In this document: positions 20,208 to 33,835 of the stretch, piece by piece | Position numbering within the stretch: position 1 is the stretch's first letter | Layout: each line of letters opens with the position of its first letter | NCBI GenBank assembly: GCA_040220235.1 | Contig: JAVJTO010000052.1 | Strand: one strand, 5' to 3' | Source: Coleofasciculus sp. B1-GNL1-01 | GTDB taxonomy: Bacteria > Cyanobacteriota > Cyanobacteriia > Cyanobacteriales > Coleofasciculaceae | DNA length: 57,678 bases | The notes under the pieces: model-generated | Told to the model about the DNA's origin: nothing | The model's input: only the letters and a program-made list of their open reading frames with translations | The model's database searches: none | Translations under genes and position numbers: made by a program

Positions 20208-20579
20208 CGCTATTCGTCATTTGTCATTTGTCATTGGTAGTGGGAGCATCTTGCTCCCTGAAATACTCTATGACTTGCTCCCTGGAATACTCTATGAAAA
20301 CGCTACAGATTATATAGAGAGCGAGTCAAAGACGATTGATTTGATGTGAACAGTATTTAATTTTCTTTTAGCAAATAAAAGTCTGTTTGTCAATATATTT
20401 GAGGAAAAAGTGAATCTTAAATAATGAAAACTGTGAGCATCAAACGCTCAATAAGGACGACGAATACAATGTTGAGTCATGGACTGACAGGGAGTGTCGC
20501 CGATCATTGAATAATCACTGTCATAGCTGATCCCTCAAGGTAATGCGGCAATGCCAGTCCCATGTCAGAATGGTAATTT

Positions 20580-20728
20580 CTTTACATAAAGCAGTTTCTT
20601 CATCCAATCTTCATCAAATTCTGGGAACTCTTTACGTAAACTTTATAAATAAGTTTTGAAGCAACTACGGAGTCATCTTTACAAAAAATTCATAAATAAT
20701 CGGATTGATCTTTACGCAAGCTTTACCC
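20580..20728 (+). promoter_or_regulatory. Array of 11-bp-spaced CTT(T/C)A(C/T) direct-repeat pairs (OmpR/PhoB-type box-like)
   Basis: Pairs at 20598/20609, 20630/20641, 20677/20688 and 20710/20721, plus a single copy at 20580. Confidence 0.55.
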
Positions 20729-20815
20729 ACGCATTCCGGAAGACGAATATGATGAAAACAAATACTTACGGGCAGTTAATCACTTCCACCGTTCAATCAG
20801 CTCAACCCTGGAAAA

Positions 20816-21826
20816 ATGAAAAAGACTTTAACGAAAATTGCCGTTGCCAGTGCCAGTACAATTTTAGGAGCTACCGCAGCCCTTAGTTTATCGATGCCTG
20901 CTGAAGCTGGCAGTTTGAAAGGTTCAGCTAAAGACTTTAACGTCTTCGTCTTTGAAGATCTAGATGTTTACAATGTGGATGCTCATGGCAGGATAGCCGT
21001 CGGTGGCAATGCCACGTTGGAAAATTTTGGGGTCGCCAGTCAGTTGCCTGCTAACGGTGCAGGTGATACTTTAGTTGTTGGCGGTAACCTCAACTATAAA
21101 ACTAGTGGTCAGGTATTCGCTGGTGATGTAGTGGTAGGTGGCACAGCAACTCTTGATACTCCCAGCGTGAATATCAAGAATGGTCAATTAAAATCAGGAA
21201 ATCCAATTGCCTTTGGTGCTGCCGAGCAATTCTATAAGAATTATTCAGCTCAATTAGGGAATTTAACGACTAACGGCACAGTCCAGAATAACTCTAACAC
21301 GCTCAACCTAACGGGTAGTAGTTCAGACCTGAACGTATTTGAGCTTGATGCATCCGTCTTCGCCAATGCGAAAGGTTTAAATCTTTCGTTTGATTCTAAC
21401 TCTACAGTATTGGTTAACGTAACGGGCAACCCATTCGATCTCCAGAATGGTTTTCAAATTAATCTGAATGGTGATCCCAACGGTGCTGACGCTAACCGGG
21501 TTCTCTTCAACTTTGTTAATGCAACACAGATGAACTCTACAGGTTTTGCTTGGCAAGGCAGCGTTTTAGCGCCGTTGGCTGAGTACAATGAGTTCTCAAA
21601 TGGTCATATTAATGGGCAAATGATTGCCAAGTCAATTACGGGAAGTGGAGAATATCACATCGTTGCCCCAAATAATGAAGACAGTTCAGTAATATTTGAC
21701 GGAAACTTGCCTGATCCTGAACCTGTTCCCGAACCGTTAACAATTCTGGGTTCCGGTATGGCGTTAGGATTCGGTACTTTCTTTAAACGCCAACAGTCTA
21801 AAAAACAGAAGAATACCAAGCAATAA
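20816..21826 (+). CDS. Choice-of-anchor A domain protein with signal peptide and PEP-CTERM sorting signal
   Basis: Signal peptide ending PAEA; GRIAVGGNA, VLFNF and GSVLAPLA motifs; C-terminal VPEPLTILGSGMALGFG+KR. Confidence 0.92.
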   Translation: MKKTLTKIAVASASTILGATAALSLSMPAEAGSLKGSAKDFNVFVFEDLDVYNVDAHGRIAVGGNATLENFGVASQLPANGAGDTLVVGGNLNYKTSGQVFAGDVVVGGTATLDTPSVNIKNGQLKSGNPIAFGAAEQFYKNYSAQLGNLTTNGTVQNNSNTLNLTGSSSDLNVFELDASVFANAKGLNLSFDSNSTVLVNVTGNPFDLQNGFQINLNGDPNGADANRVLFNFVNATQMNSTGFAWQGSVLAPLAEYNEFSNGHINGQMIAKSITGSGEYHIVAPNNEDSSVIFDGNLPDPEPVPEPLTILGSGMALGFGTFFKRQQSKKQKNTKQ

Positions 21827-21862
21827 GGTGAATTGATTAATCTAGTCTTATCGCCAGAATTT

Positions 21863-21890
21863 GTAGGGGTACGATGCATCGTACCCCTAC
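21863..21890. terminator. Perfect GTAG palindrome between convergent genes (REP / possible bidirectional terminator)
   Basis: GTAGGGGTACGATGCATCGTACCCCTAC between the PEP-CTERM gene and gyrB stops. Confidence 0.55.
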
Positions 21891-21908
21891 ACTGTTTTAC
21901 CCAGGAAC

Positions 21909-25520
<3,612 letters not shown>

Positions 25521-25721
25521 TTATATGCTTTAAAATGGCAAAACACTCAGAAATTCTAACACAAAAGGCTTACAGGCGGCTACAGAGTAGTCTGAAGAGA
25601 TATTTATAGAGGGGATAGACCTTGCTTTGGATTGGGCGGGGGAGATAGGGGAGATAGGGGAGATGGGGGAGAGAATAATTTTTTCAATGAACCATGAACA
25701 ATCAACAATGAACCATGAACC

Positions 25722-26651
25722 ATGAACTCTAACAAACATCCCCAACTGATTGTGATTTGTGGGGCGACGGCGACAGGGAAGTCGGGGCTGGCGTTAGAAT
25801 TAGCGCAGCGATTAAATACCGTAATAGTAAGCGCGGATTCCCGTCAAGTTTACCGGGAGTTTGATATTGGCACAGCTAAACCTTCAGTCGCCGAACGACA
25901 GTTAGTTCCCCATTACTTGATTGATATTTGCGCTCCCACTGAAACATTAACCGTAGCCGACTATCAGGAACAAGCCCAAAAGTTAATTGCATCTCTCCCT
26001 TCGCCCCTGTTACTGGTGGGGGGTACAGGTTTATATATTAAAGCCATCGTTCGAGGATTAAAAATTCCTAGAGTCGCCCCCAATGAAGACTTGCGATCGC
26101 AGCTCTCATCTCTCGGTCAATCTCAATGCTATAATGTCTTACAACAAGTCGATCCCAAGGCGGCTGAGAAAATTCATCCCCATGATCAAGTCAGAATATT
26201 ACGAGCATTAGAAGTATTTTACATCACAGGACGTTCTATATCCGACCAGCAAGGCGAAAATTCACCAAATTATCCCATTCTTCCAATCGGTTTGCAATGT
26301 AAAGACGCTGACGCCCTCACCCGACGTATTGCCAAGAGAACTGAAACTATGGTAACAGCCGGATTAGTAGAAGAAGTGAAAACATTGGTGGAAAAATATG
26401 GCTGGTATTTGCCACTTTTGAATACCTTAGGGTATCGGGAAATGAAACAATATTTAGCGGGTGATATATCTTTATCTGAGGCAAAAGCATTAACGGTTGT
26501 GCATACGCGACAATTTGCCAAGCGCCAACGAACGTGGTTTCGGGCGTATCCAGAAATTGAATGGTTTGATGCAGATAGTCCGGATTTAGTCGATCAAGTT
26601 TGGCAGCGTGTTCAGGAATTTCGAGACAATATATCAATGAACTTAAGGTAG
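25722..26651 (+). CDS. miaA: tRNA dimethylallyltransferase
   Basis: GATATGKS, SADSRQVY, DIGTAKP, VGGTGLY and FAKRQRTWF motifs. Confidence 0.97.
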   Translation: MNSNKHPQLIVICGATATGKSGLALELAQRLNTVIVSADSRQVYREFDIGTAKPSVAERQLVPHYLIDICAPTETLTVADYQEQAQKLIASLPSPLLLVGGTGLYIKAIVRGLKIPRVAPNEDLRSQLSSLGQSQCYNVLQQVDPKAAEKIHPHDQVRILRALEVFYITGRSISDQQGENSPNYPILPIGLQCKDADALTRRIAKRTETMVTAGLVEEVKTLVEKYGWYLPLLNTLGYREMKQYLAGDISLSEAKALTVVHTRQFAKRQRTWFRAYPEIEWFDADSPDLVDQVWQRVQEFRDNISMNLR

Positions 26652-26687
26652 GTTTGTAGTTGCGCTGTCTTCGCCACATCCATCAAT

Positions 26688-27089
26688 TTACAAATTATCC
26701 AGATAAGATTGTAGCTGATCAAGCGTTGAAAATTTTAGTGCTTCTAAACTCAGAGTTTCCAGTTGTTCTAAGGACAGATGGTGAAGCTGGCTTCGCATCT
26801 GAGATGTCAGAGACGATAACCCATCTAACAGCAGAGAATAATTTCCGGTTTTGTAAGCTAGCTGTCTTAAAACAATAGATAAAGCCTCTTTTTTTCGAGT
26901 TTCTATTCTAGCTTCCTCGATCACTTTTTTGCCGCCACTCTCTTCAGTCGGTAACGCTTTAGCAATCATAGTGGCATTTTCTACGATTGTATTTCCTAGG
27001 CAAATATCATGACAAGCTTCCCATTCAGTTTCAGCTTCAATCTCTGTCTCATAATGAATGACAACCCAATATCGCTTTGGTTCACTCAT
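26688..27089 (-). CDS. DUF4351-like C-terminal domain protein
   Basis: EALSIVLRQL..LSLEQLETL..LKFSTLDQLQSYL resembles the C-termini of the two Rpn proteins; probable ATG 27089. Confidence 0.65.
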   Translation of the reverse strand: MSEPKRYWVVIHYETEIEAETEWEACHDICLGNTIVENATMIAKALPTEESGGKKVIEEARIETRKKEALSIVLRQLAYKTGNYSLLLDGLSSLTSQMRSQLHHLSLEQLETLSLEALKFSTLDQLQSYLDNL

Positions 27090-27133
27090 CGTTATCCTCC
27101 AGCAATTGTGCAATCAACGTGACTCTACCACAC

Positions 27134-27284
27134 TTATCTGGCATAAGTTTGTAAATCAAAAATAAGGGTCATTTTTCCACTTGTCCTTATCGTATTCAGC
27201 GTGAGTTAAGATATACTTAATGAAAATCGTTTGTTCGCTGTAAACTATATCTACTATTAGCCGATCGCGATTTCCTTTGATATT
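27134..27284 (-). pseudogene. higB: higBA toxin-antitoxin relic (HigB C-terminal half plus first 12 codons of a HigA-like antitoxin)
   Basis: 27284-27156 reads NIKGNRDRLIVDIVYSEQTIFIKYILTHAEYDKDKWKNDPYF*; overlapping ATG 27172 reads MTLIFDLQTYAR*. Confidence 0.8.
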
Positions 27285-27664
27285 GGTTAAGGTGCGTTAC
27301 GCTACGCTAACACACCCTACATATAGAGTCTTTGCGTAAGTCCTATGTTCTTCTATCCTGAGTATTATACTTGGCTCGCCCTACACCGGATTGCGATCGC
27401 ACTGAAAACGGCACATACTTCCTCAGACTATCAAGTTTACCAAATCGCTGAACCAACGTAAAATCATTAGTATAAGTTACCCCGTGGTGGGCAAGAACCA
27501 CAAAGGATAATATCAGGGTTTCAAGGATGATAACTCTTGCCCACTCTACTGACGATGCAAAAATCGAATCGTTAGCTCACGATTACAGCAAAATAGCCTA
27601 TCCATCCCTATAACTTTCCCCTAAAGTGTGATAGTGTCACCGCAGGATAAGGAATGATTGTCTG

Positions 27665-28345
27665 ATGCGAAAATTATTAAAAGGTGTTCATAATTTCCAA
27701 ACTCACTACTTCACCAGCCACCGAGAACTATTTGAACGCCTGAGTGAGGGACAACACCCCAGAATTCTATTTATTACCTGTTCCGACTCCCGGATTGATC
27801 CGAATCTGATTACTCAAACTGAACCGGGAGAACTGTTTATCATTCGCAATGTGGGTAACATTATCCCGCCTTATGGGGCTACCGCAGGTGGCGAAGGCGC
27901 GGCGATTGAATATGCGGTTGAAGCCTTAGGAGTTAAGCATATCATTGTTTGTGGTCATTCCCACTGTGGCGCGATGAAGGGACTTCTGCAACTGGGAGAA
28001 CTTACTGAGAAAATGCCGTTGGTGTATGACTGGTTAAAATATGCTCAAGCGACACGCCGGATTATTCAGGAAAACTATCAGGATGCTGAAGGGGAAGACT
28101 TATTGAATGCCACGATTGAAGAAAATATTTTGACACAGATTGAAAATCTCAAGACCTATCCCTCGGTTCACGCTAAACTGTATCGGGGTCTGATTAATAT
28201 TCATGCTTGGGTCTATAAAATTGAAACGGGTGGCGTTTATGTTTACAGCGCTGAACGATGCAATATCCAAGCCGAACATGAGGAGGAAGGTCAAGACCCC
28301 GAAAGCTTGAATATATCACCGTTGCTGGAGACTCAAACAGCGTAA
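27665..28345 (+). CDS. Beta-class carbonic anhydrase (CcaA/IcfA/CynT-like)
   Basis: CSDSR, RNVGN and CGHSHCG zinc motifs. Confidence 0.95.
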   Translation: MRKLLKGVHNFQTHYFTSHRELFERLSEGQHPRILFITCSDSRIDPNLITQTEPGELFIIRNVGNIIPPYGATAGGEGAAIEYAVEALGVKHIIVCGHSHCGAMKGLLQLGELTEKMPLVYDWLKYAQATRRIIQENYQDAEGEDLLNATIEENILTQIENLKTYPSVHAKLYRGLINIHAWVYKIETGGVYVYSAERCNIQAEHEEEGQDPESLNISPLLETQTA

Positions 28346-28582
28346 AGCGAGACTCGTTAGCCGTTAAAACGAGGGTTGACTAATGAGACACGATATGCAT
28401 GGTTGAAATTAAAGTCTGAATTCCCTGAAAATAGTATTTTATCAATCCTTTTTTGAGGAAGGACGAAGGGCGGCTTTTGTAGATAGGTTATCGGTTACAG
28501 GTAAACTAAATAGCAAAACTCGCCCCTACTGTATAACGTTTAACCTTTAACTTCCCCCTAGCGGTACTCGTAAACTCGACCT

Positions 28583-30055
28583 ATGTTGACCCAAGCCAAG
28601 CCCAAACGGAACTGGAAACCGATTATCAAGGAATTTGAAGCAGCTATTGGTAAAAAGGGTGTGGTTCGCCGCAAGGAGGAATTACTCACCTACGAATGTG
28701 ATGGATTACCCAGTTATCGCCAACGTCCGGCGTTGGTGGTACTTCCCCGCACGACTGAACAAGTAGCTGCTGCTGTTAAGCTTTGCGATCGCTATAATAT
28801 CCCTTGGGTGGCGCGAGGTGCAGGTACAGGCTTATCGGGCGGTGCTTTACCCGTGGAAGATTGTGTCTTAATTGTCACCGCCTTGATGAAGCGTGTCTTG
28901 GATATTGACTACGACAATCAACGGATTGTAGTTCAACCCGGAGTCATCAACAACTGGGTGACTCAAGCTGTAAGTGGTGCAGGATTCTATTATGCTCCAG
29001 ACCCCTCCAGTCAGATTATATGTTCCATTGGCGGTAATGTGGCTGAAAACTCTGGCGGGGTTCATTGTCTTAAATATGGCGTAACCACAAACCATGTTTT
29101 GGGGTTAAAACTGGTGGTTCCGGATGGATCAATTGTCGATGTTGGTGGCATGGTTCCGGAAATGCCGGGATATGATTTAACGGGGTTATTTGTGGGTTCC
29201 GAAGGCACATTAGGAATTGCTACAGAAATTACGTTGCGAATTCTCAAAACCCCAGAATCCATCTGTGTGGTTTTGGCAGATTTTACCAGTATAGAAGCCG
29301 CAGGTGCAGCCGTTGCCGATATTATTGGTGCAGGGATTATTCCAGCCGGAATGGAAATGATGGATAATCTCAGTATCAACGCGGTAGAAGATGTGGTGGC
29401 GACAGGGTGTTATCCCAGAGATGCGGGCGCCATTTTATTAGTAGAATTGGATGGGTTAGAGGTAGAAGTCAGCACCAACAAAAAGCGCGTGACTCAACTG
29501 TGTCAACAGAATGGGGCGCGAACGATTACCACCGCCAGTGACCCAGAAACGCGGTTAAAACTATGGAAAGGACGCAAAGCTGCATTTGCGGCGGCGGGAC
29601 ATCTGAGTCCCGATTATTTTGTCCAAGATGGGGTAATTCCTCGGACACAGTTAGCGCAGGTACTTAAAGACGTTGAAGCCTTAAGTGAAAAGTATGGCTA
29701 TCGGATTGCCAATGTCTTTCATGCTGGCGATGGCAATTTACATCCTTTGATTCTGTACGATGAATCAATTCCCGGTGCATTTGAACAGGTGGAAGAATTA
29801 GGGGGAGAAATCCTGCGACTTTGTGTAAATGCAGGCGGAAGTATTTCGGGGGAACATGGGATTGGTGCAGATAAGAACTGTTTTATGCCCGATATGTTCA
29901 GCGAGGCGGATTTGGAGACTATGAAATGGATTAATCAGGTGTTTAATCCTAAAGGCTTGGCGAATCCCGGAAAAGTATTTCCCACCCCTCGCACCTGTGG
30001 GGAAGCTGCCAATGCTCAAAAGTCAGCCCAGTTTAAGGATGTGGAACAGTTTTGA
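28583..30055 (+). CDS. glcD: Glycolate dehydrogenase FAD subunit
   Basis: RGAGTGLSGGA, APDPSS, ENSGGVHCLKYG, HAGDGNLH and GEHGIG motifs. Confidence 0.95.
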   Translation: MLTQAKPKRNWKPIIKEFEAAIGKKGVVRRKEELLTYECDGLPSYRQRPALVVLPRTTEQVAAAVKLCDRYNIPWVARGAGTGLSGGALPVEDCVLIVTALMKRVLDIDYDNQRIVVQPGVINNWVTQAVSGAGFYYAPDPSSQIICSIGGNVAENSGGVHCLKYGVTTNHVLGLKLVVPDGSIVDVGGMVPEMPGYDLTGLFVGSEGTLGIATEITLRILKTPESICVVLADFTSIEAAGAAVADIIGAGIIPAGMEMMDNLSINAVEDVVATGCYPRDAGAILLVELDGLEVEVSTNKKRVTQLCQQNGARTITTASDPETRLKLWKGRKAAFAAAGHLSPDYFVQDGVIPRTQLAQVLKDVEALSEKYGYRIANVFHAGDGNLHPLILYDESIPGAFEQVEELGGEILRLCVNAGGSISGEHGIGADKNCFMPDMFSEADLETMKWINQVFNPKGLANPGKVFPTPRTCGEAANAQKSAQFKDVEQF

Positions 30056-30093
30056 AGTTTATCGTTTAATTAGGGAAATATATTGGAGGAGAG

Positions 30094-30789
30094 ATGATGA
30101 TTGAGACAATAGAAGACCATACTATTCACACTCGATTTTTAAGTAGTAATTCCCGGGTTCTTGATTTGGGAGCAAATCGGGGTTCTTTTTCAAAAGCTAT
30201 GATTACACGTTTTGGTTGCCAATGCGTTGCTGTTGAACCGAACCCAAAGCTGTTTGAGAAGATTGAACCACATGAGCTTCTTAAAAAATACAACTTAGCC
30301 ATAGCTCATTTTAGCGGTTCAGTTAATTTCAATGTTAGTGAGGTTTCTGTTTCGTCATCAATAGTATATCGCTCTAAGCTTCATTCAAAAACAATTACGG
30401 TTAGTTGTCAACCTCTTGAGGAGTTTGTTATTGAACTGGGGTGGACTGGCGTTGATCTTATTAAGATGGATATTGAAGGTGCGGAAATCAATGTTTTTCA
30501 TAAGTGTTCAGACAGTTTTTTGAAGTCTATAGGTCAAATAACTGTTGAATTTCACGATCACAATGAAACAGTATCAAAATCTGAGGTTAAGGAGTTAATT
30601 AAACGCTTTGAATCCCTGGGATTTAGATGCTATAGTAAGTATCTGGGATGTTATTACGATACGTTATTTATTAATCAGAGCCTTTGTCCAATTTCAATAG
30701 GCGAGTATCTATGGATTCGCCATATCATTCGTAATCAGCAAGGTCTGCAACGTCGATTCCAAAAGTTGTTAGCGGCGGCATCTTCATGA
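30094..30789 (+). CDS. FkbM-family methyltransferase
   Basis: LDLGANRG, AVEPNP, LIKMDIEGAE and ITVEFH motifs. Confidence 0.9.
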   Translation: MMIETIEDHTIHTRFLSSNSRVLDLGANRGSFSKAMITRFGCQCVAVEPNPKLFEKIEPHELLKKYNLAIAHFSGSVNFNVSEVSVSSSIVYRSKLHSKTITVSCQPLEEFVIELGWTGVDLIKMDIEGAEINVFHKCSDSFLKSIGQITVEFHDHNETVSKSEVKELIKRFESLGFRCYSKYLGCYYDTLFINQSLCPISIGEYLWIRHIIRNQQGLQRRFQKLLAAASS

Positions 30790-30978
30790 GTTGAAACCTC
30801 TTTGGCTACTACAGCATTTCTCAGTCTAGTGAGGTATAGGCACAAGACGAGGTTAGCCTCTGTGAGTGCAAAAGTCTTATTCTCAATGTACCTCACCAGC
30901 ATGGAAAACGCTGTATTTTTTTCAGAAAAAAAGGAATAATATGCAATTTTTGGTTGTACTCAAGGAAATTAATCAGCA

Positions 30979-31704
30979 ATGAAAATAATTGACTATTTTG
31001 ACAGGATTTATATAATTTATATGCCTGAGCGATCTGACCGTTTTAAGCATATTAAAAATCAAGTTCATAGATTGGGAATAGAAAAGGATAACAATAAGCT
31101 GGTTTGGTTTCCAGGACTAAAATACGAAGATGCCGCAGGGTTTCCAAAAGCCAGTGTACGCGGTTGTGCTATGAGCCATTACATGGTAATGAAGCAAGCG
31201 AATGAAGAAGGAGTAGAAAAATTACTGGTCTTAGAGGACGATTGTCTGTTTAGCCGTCGTTTGATTAGAAATGAGCAGGAAATCGTAGATGAGCTTAAAA
31301 GTAGCGCGTGGGACTTTGTTTATCTTGGGCATGGTTCAAAGATAAAACACCAACAACAGAACCAAGGATACTTTATTAAAGTAGCTCACAATCAGAAAAT
31401 TCCGCTAACTCACTTCTGTGCCTACCATGGACGGGTTATGCCAGATTTAATCCAAATGATAACAGATTCGTTCGATCGAGCGCCTGGTCATCCAGAAGGT
31501 TCACCTATGGGTTTTGACGCCTATATGACAGTTTTCAGAAGGAATAATCCCGATAAAATCACTCTAATGGCTTCTCGCTCCTTAGGGGGACAATGTAGCA
31601 GCGCTAGTAATTTGACTCCAGGCCAATTAGAACAGTACAAACTGATCAAGCCGATACTTAGGCAAGCAAGAAGGCTGAAAAATGTAATTCGCTCTTTTGA
31701 ATAG
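30979..31704 (+). CDS. Glycosyltransferase family 25-like
   Basis: IYIIY..RSDR, GCAMSH, LVLEDD and WDFVYLG motifs. Confidence 0.85.
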   Translation: MKIIDYFDRIYIIYMPERSDRFKHIKNQVHRLGIEKDNNKLVWFPGLKYEDAAGFPKASVRGCAMSHYMVMKQANEEGVEKLLVLEDDCLFSRRLIRNEQEIVDELKSSAWDFVYLGHGSKIKHQQQNQGYFIKVAHNQKIPLTHFCAYHGRVMPDLIQMITDSFDRAPGHPEGSPMGFDAYMTVFRRNNPDKITLMASRSLGGQCSSASNLTPGQLEQYKLIKPILRQARRLKNVIRSFE

Positions 31705-31755
31705 TTAATAGAGTTAGGATTAACTATAAGACAGGAAAATAATGAAGTAAAATTT

Positions 31756-31968
31756 GTGTCTACAGCTAAACTCTGGTTGATTGAAATAGCCCTATTCGCG
31801 ATCGCTGTTGATTTAGTTATACCACCCCTTTCCCTGTTACTCATGATTTGGGTAGCGGCTATGGGGGGAACATTCGCCGTCGTGCTTTGTGACGTGCCAG
31901 CAGGAGCAACAGCCGTTGGTGTACATGCAAAGATCATAAAATCCCGAAAAGCTCAGGACAATGGTTAA
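31756..31968 (+). pseudogene. Chimeric remnant: GT2-like membrane segment joined to the C-terminus of a hexapeptide acetyltransferase
   Basis: DLVIPPLSLLLMIW segment abuts AVVLCDVPAGATAVGVHAKII, the CysE/WcaB-type C-terminal motif. Confidence 0.55.
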
Positions 31969-32665
31969 ATCAGTCACAGTTCCCAACATTTCTGCCACAG
32001 AACCCGACTGGAGTCGCGAACAACTGCGCCGCTGGTGGAACCCTAGCCGCCAATTGCTCAAATCTATCCGTAAGTATCAAAAGTGGCAGGAAAAAGGAGG
32101 ATTTGTGAGCAGATTTTTAGATCGGGTTAACGTCCTCCAGCATCGCTTCTCGAGCGTTGTCAGTGGTGCGGAAATCCCGCTCAACTGTAACATTGGCGGG
32201 GGACTCCTCCTCACTCATCCGAATGGCGTTGTGATTCACCCAGATGCTTCTATCGGACCCAATTGCTTGATTTTTCAAAGTTGGGGAAATGAATATGATT
32301 ACACGTCCTCATGGCATCCAAATGCTATATTAAATGATTGTGGTGATGGTGACTTCAACACCTTCGTTCGCAAAGTTATCCGCAAACGACCCGGGTATGT
32401 AACAGAATTTTACGGGTGGTACACGCAGCCTGGTGTTCGATTTATAGGCAAACAAGAAACGCTTGTTGATGACCTTATTTATGTTCTACGTCAGATAAAC
32501 ATCAAGTTCGATGAAGAAAGGTTAAAGAGCTTTCAACCTAAACATGTGAGTAAATCTCCTAATAAACCAATTGTTTGGGATGAAGAATTAAAAATTGAGG
32601 TAGAACGGCTGGAGTATGCTAGTCTAATAAGGTACGGTTATCCCACGCCATACTCCAATAAATAA
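31961..32665 (+). pseudogene. Chimeric ORF: N-terminal half of a serine acetyltransferase-like protein fused in frame to a sulfotransferase-like C-terminus
   Basis: GAEIP..IGGGLLLTHPNGVVIHP..IGPNCLIFQ breaks at 32278, then ..FIGKQETLVDDL..RYGY follows. Confidence 0.6.
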
Positions 32666-32992
32666 AAGAATACATCATAAAAATATAGCATTGACCCACG
32701 AGTCACCTTCTGGTGCGCCCTTTTCGCTAAGCAGCTTGGTGTCGAAACGGAACATATCGCCCATTCCTTTAACTTCCCCGACTTACCTCGTGGCGTGAAG
32801 TGAACCATCCTTATCCCATTACTCGTACCTCATTAGCCTGAAAAACGCTGTAGCGAGAAAACTGAAGATTATCCTTCGTAAAGATAAATAGGATTTCCTG
32901 AAATTATATGGATAAAAATTTACGGATGTAAATGTATCACGATTGGGTTAATCTAGATCTGAGGATGCTCAAGTTCCTATTACCCTTTTGAG

Positions 32993-33811
32993 ATGACTTG
33001 CCCAAAATTTGCTAGCTGTGTCTTTCCTCTTCCTTGTGCGCGGTTAAGAGTTCCCTATTTTCAAAGATGGTGTTGGCAATTTGGCTTAGGTATAGTCGGG
33101 GTTTTGATACCAAGTTGGGGTAACACATCTTGCCAAACGTTAGACACAATCCCAACCCCAATTCCAGAAATAAACCTGACGGCTCAATCTGAAACCCCAT
33201 CAAACTCAGCCGCCCAGGAATTGGAGTTAAATCCAGAGATTATTGAGAATAGTCCTGTATTACAACGCTGGTTACAAGACGTACCCAATGTTTTAGAGGA
33301 AATACGCCATGACCCCAGTTTTCGCACCCGCTTCCGGTTCGGCTATTCCCAGTTTCCCTCAACTGAACAAGCGGGGGGAGTGAATATCGGCGTCGAAGAT
33401 ATATTTATCAATCGTAGCGGGTTTACCGTCAGTGGGGATTATCACACCTCATTTAATGGCGATCGCGAAGCGTTTGGTGTAGACTTGCGGTACTATCTGC
33501 GTCCTTTAGGGCGTTATGTGAATGTGGCTCCCCTGGTGGGTTATCGCTATCTGGAGTCAAACGATTACACCACAGATGGCGTAAATCTCGGCGTAAAATT
33601 GCAATTGGTTTTATCTCGTACGGGTGCGGCTGATATTTCCTTAACCCAAAGTTTTGTCTCCCCAGGGAGTGAGGATGAAGTCGGTTTAACTACCTTGTCA
33701 GTTGGGTATGCACTCACCCCAGACTTGCGCTTATCCACCGATATTCAGAAGCAAAACTCGATAGAAGAAAAAGATAGTCGAGTTGGGATTATACTGGAGT
33801 GGATGCCTTAA
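32993..33811 (+). CDS. Conserved cyanobacterial protein, probable outer-membrane beta-barrel
   Basis: Amphipathic beta-strand pattern; ends GIILEWMP. Confidence 0.65.
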   Translation: MTCPKFASCVFPLPCARLRVPYFQRWCWQFGLGIVGVLIPSWGNTSCQTLDTIPTPIPEINLTAQSETPSNSAAQELELNPEIIENSPVLQRWLQDVPNVLEEIRHDPSFRTRFRFGYSQFPSTEQAGGVNIGVEDIFINRSGFTVSGDYHTSFNGDREAFGVDLRYYLRPLGRYVNVAPLVGYRYLESNDYTTDGVNLGVKLQLVLSRTGAADISLTQSFVSPGSEDEVGLTTLSVGYALTPDLRLSTDIQKQNSIEEKDSRVGIILEWMP

Positions 33812-33835
33812 TTTTGCAGCGTTAATATAACCAAA

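Noticed and set aside
27627..27641. CRP/SyCRP1-like site TGTGA..TCACC upstream of carbonic anhydrase
   Set aside because: The spacer is 5 bp rather than the required 6.
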